Shown here piece by piece: positions 62,724 through 64,000 of a stretch of 64,000 nucleotides of DNA. How positions within the stretch are numbered: the stretch's first letter is position 1; every line of letters starts with the position of its first letter. Both the position numbers and the translations under genes were made by a program. Source of the DNA: Macrostomum lignano (taxonomy: Eukaryota); the NCBI GenBank assembly GCA_002269645.1, contig NIVC01003339.1, forward strand, positions 1 to 64,000. Direction: 5' to 3'. The notes beneath the pieces were generated by a model, which ran no database searches, was not told the origin of the DNA, and saw nothing but the letters and a program-made list of their open reading frames with translations.

Positions 62724-63329
62724 AGAAACAAGGATCAAGCAGGGCGGCTGCTCTTATAGGAACTGTTCTCAGATTTTTGTGCTTTATAGTTGGGTGGGTA
62801 GGCTTTTTGTAAGTGTGTTACTTCACTTCATAGTCAGTTGCTTTTCTTTTAATAATAAGTTTGCTCAATTGTCATCGGAATAAAAGAGACTTTATGGCCT
62901 AGATTTTTTAAATAAACTACTCGTATATAATTTTACACGAGTTATGAGTATAGCTGAGCATTGAGAGTAGCATACAAGCGCGTAGGTACCCGGCAAGACC
63001 CGTATTTTCTAGCATCCCTCCTTTGAAAGAAGAGCCAGAGAAAAAATACTCTGCTATTGTTTGGAATTTTTATAGCCACTTAGCTGAAATCTGTCTGCAG
63101 AGAAGTGAGAAGCAGCAAATGCCTCATGTGACTTGCTTGCAATTTAACTGGATGAGTAATCGCAAAAATTCAGTGCACAAGTACTCGCGTTTCATTCTAG
63201 ATCTTTCAGCTTTTCAGTTTTTCATATCATATAAAGACGAAACAGCGTAAATACTAAAAGACTCAACTTCAAGCAACACAACAACACAAAGTACTTCACC
63301 CGCCAGCCACAGCAGTGGCCAGAAAGGGG

Positions 63330-63790
63330 GAAGTCAGAGAGCGCGTCTCTGGGCCATGGCCTCAGAAAGTCACACTCCCCCGGCTTGGTCCGGGGCGCTA
63401 GCATCGGTCAAAAGCCTGTCCGGATATCTCGCGGTTCGCCCTTGGCCTCGCCTGCGCGGTCCTTGCAGCTTGAGCAGCAGCACTTCGATCGTTTTTCCCC
63501 TAACAGACTGCTAGGGCAGCGTTGTGGGGTGCCGCAAGAGAGAGAGAGCACTTCGTGCAGCGGCTCAGGGCAGCGGCCCTCCGACCGGATGACGTGGCCA
63601 GCCAGTCGAAGTCGCCGCCCGCGCAGCAGGCCAGAAGGCCGCATCGGGCGTGCCCTCGTGTAGAGCGCGGCGTTGGTCTCGCTGCCTGGACTGCTGCGCA
63701 CTCCCACCGCCACACGCAGCATGGCCGCTCACGCGCAGCGTCCAGCTGCCTCTCCAAGGCATCCGTCAGGGTCTAGGTCTCGGCGTGGAC
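63330..63790 (-). mobile_element. 5'-truncated non-LTR retrotransposon (RTE/CR1-like) 3' fragment
   Basis: AET*TLTDALERQLDAA*AAMLRVAVG...TNAALY...RRLRLAGHVIR is typical of the LINE RT thumb/C-terminal region; two stops. Confidence 0.78.
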
Positions 63791-64000
63791 CCTAAACCCG
63801 GAACCCTGGACCCTAACCTCAAGATATATGTACTAGTAATAAGATTAAACGAATTCCGAAGACAAGCAATTTTATTTGAATTTAGGCTCTGAAGAATCTG
63901 CACTGATGTATATCTGTCAGTCAGACAATGTATTGTAAGATTCTAGATCATTAGGTGATGTCACAACAATCACGAAAATCAGATTTCCGACTAGAATACA

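Noticed and set aside
63785-63820. Telomeric repeat
   Set aside because: Only a few imperfect ccctaa-like units at a LINE junction.

Overview
Eukaryotic (animal) genomic DNA. The GC-rich exons and minisatellite-filled introns resemble an invertebrate such as a Macrostomum-like flatworm; this is inference only. Host genes: intronless COMMD4 and ATG12 (-), a 9-exon calsyntenin (-, 17.1-41.3 kb, first coding exon not found), an LBR-like sterol reductase (+), a frameshifted TAK1-like kinase (-) and a disrupted secreted-protein ORF. Four non-host features stand out. (1) A 9.7-kb Polinton/Maverick derivative (7222-16922; AGTAGT...ACTACT ends, 6-bp TSD AGTGTT) built from two left ends joined back to back, whose protein-primed PolB gene is split, with the two parts on opposite strands. 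(2) A small DNA-transposon (MITE) family, 2 copies, carrying a ~64-nt 28S rRNA fragment with the R2/I-PpoI cut site specifically replaced. (3) An ~11-kb AT-rich transposon island (41.3-52.6 kb) in which paired repeat arms differ only by C>T/G>A changes, a RIP-like pattern; it holds a dead hAT-like transposase and a Penelope remnant with a decayed hammerhead ribozyme. (4) A solo LTR in a calsyntenin intron with clustered AP-1/MEF2/CRE sites. Also present: two tRNA-derived SINE families, a second solo LTR, a LINE 3' fragment and about 16 tandem arrays. No CRISPR arrays, true tRNA genes or full rRNA genes were found. All alignments were done by eye; family assignments rest on recalled motifs, not database searches.
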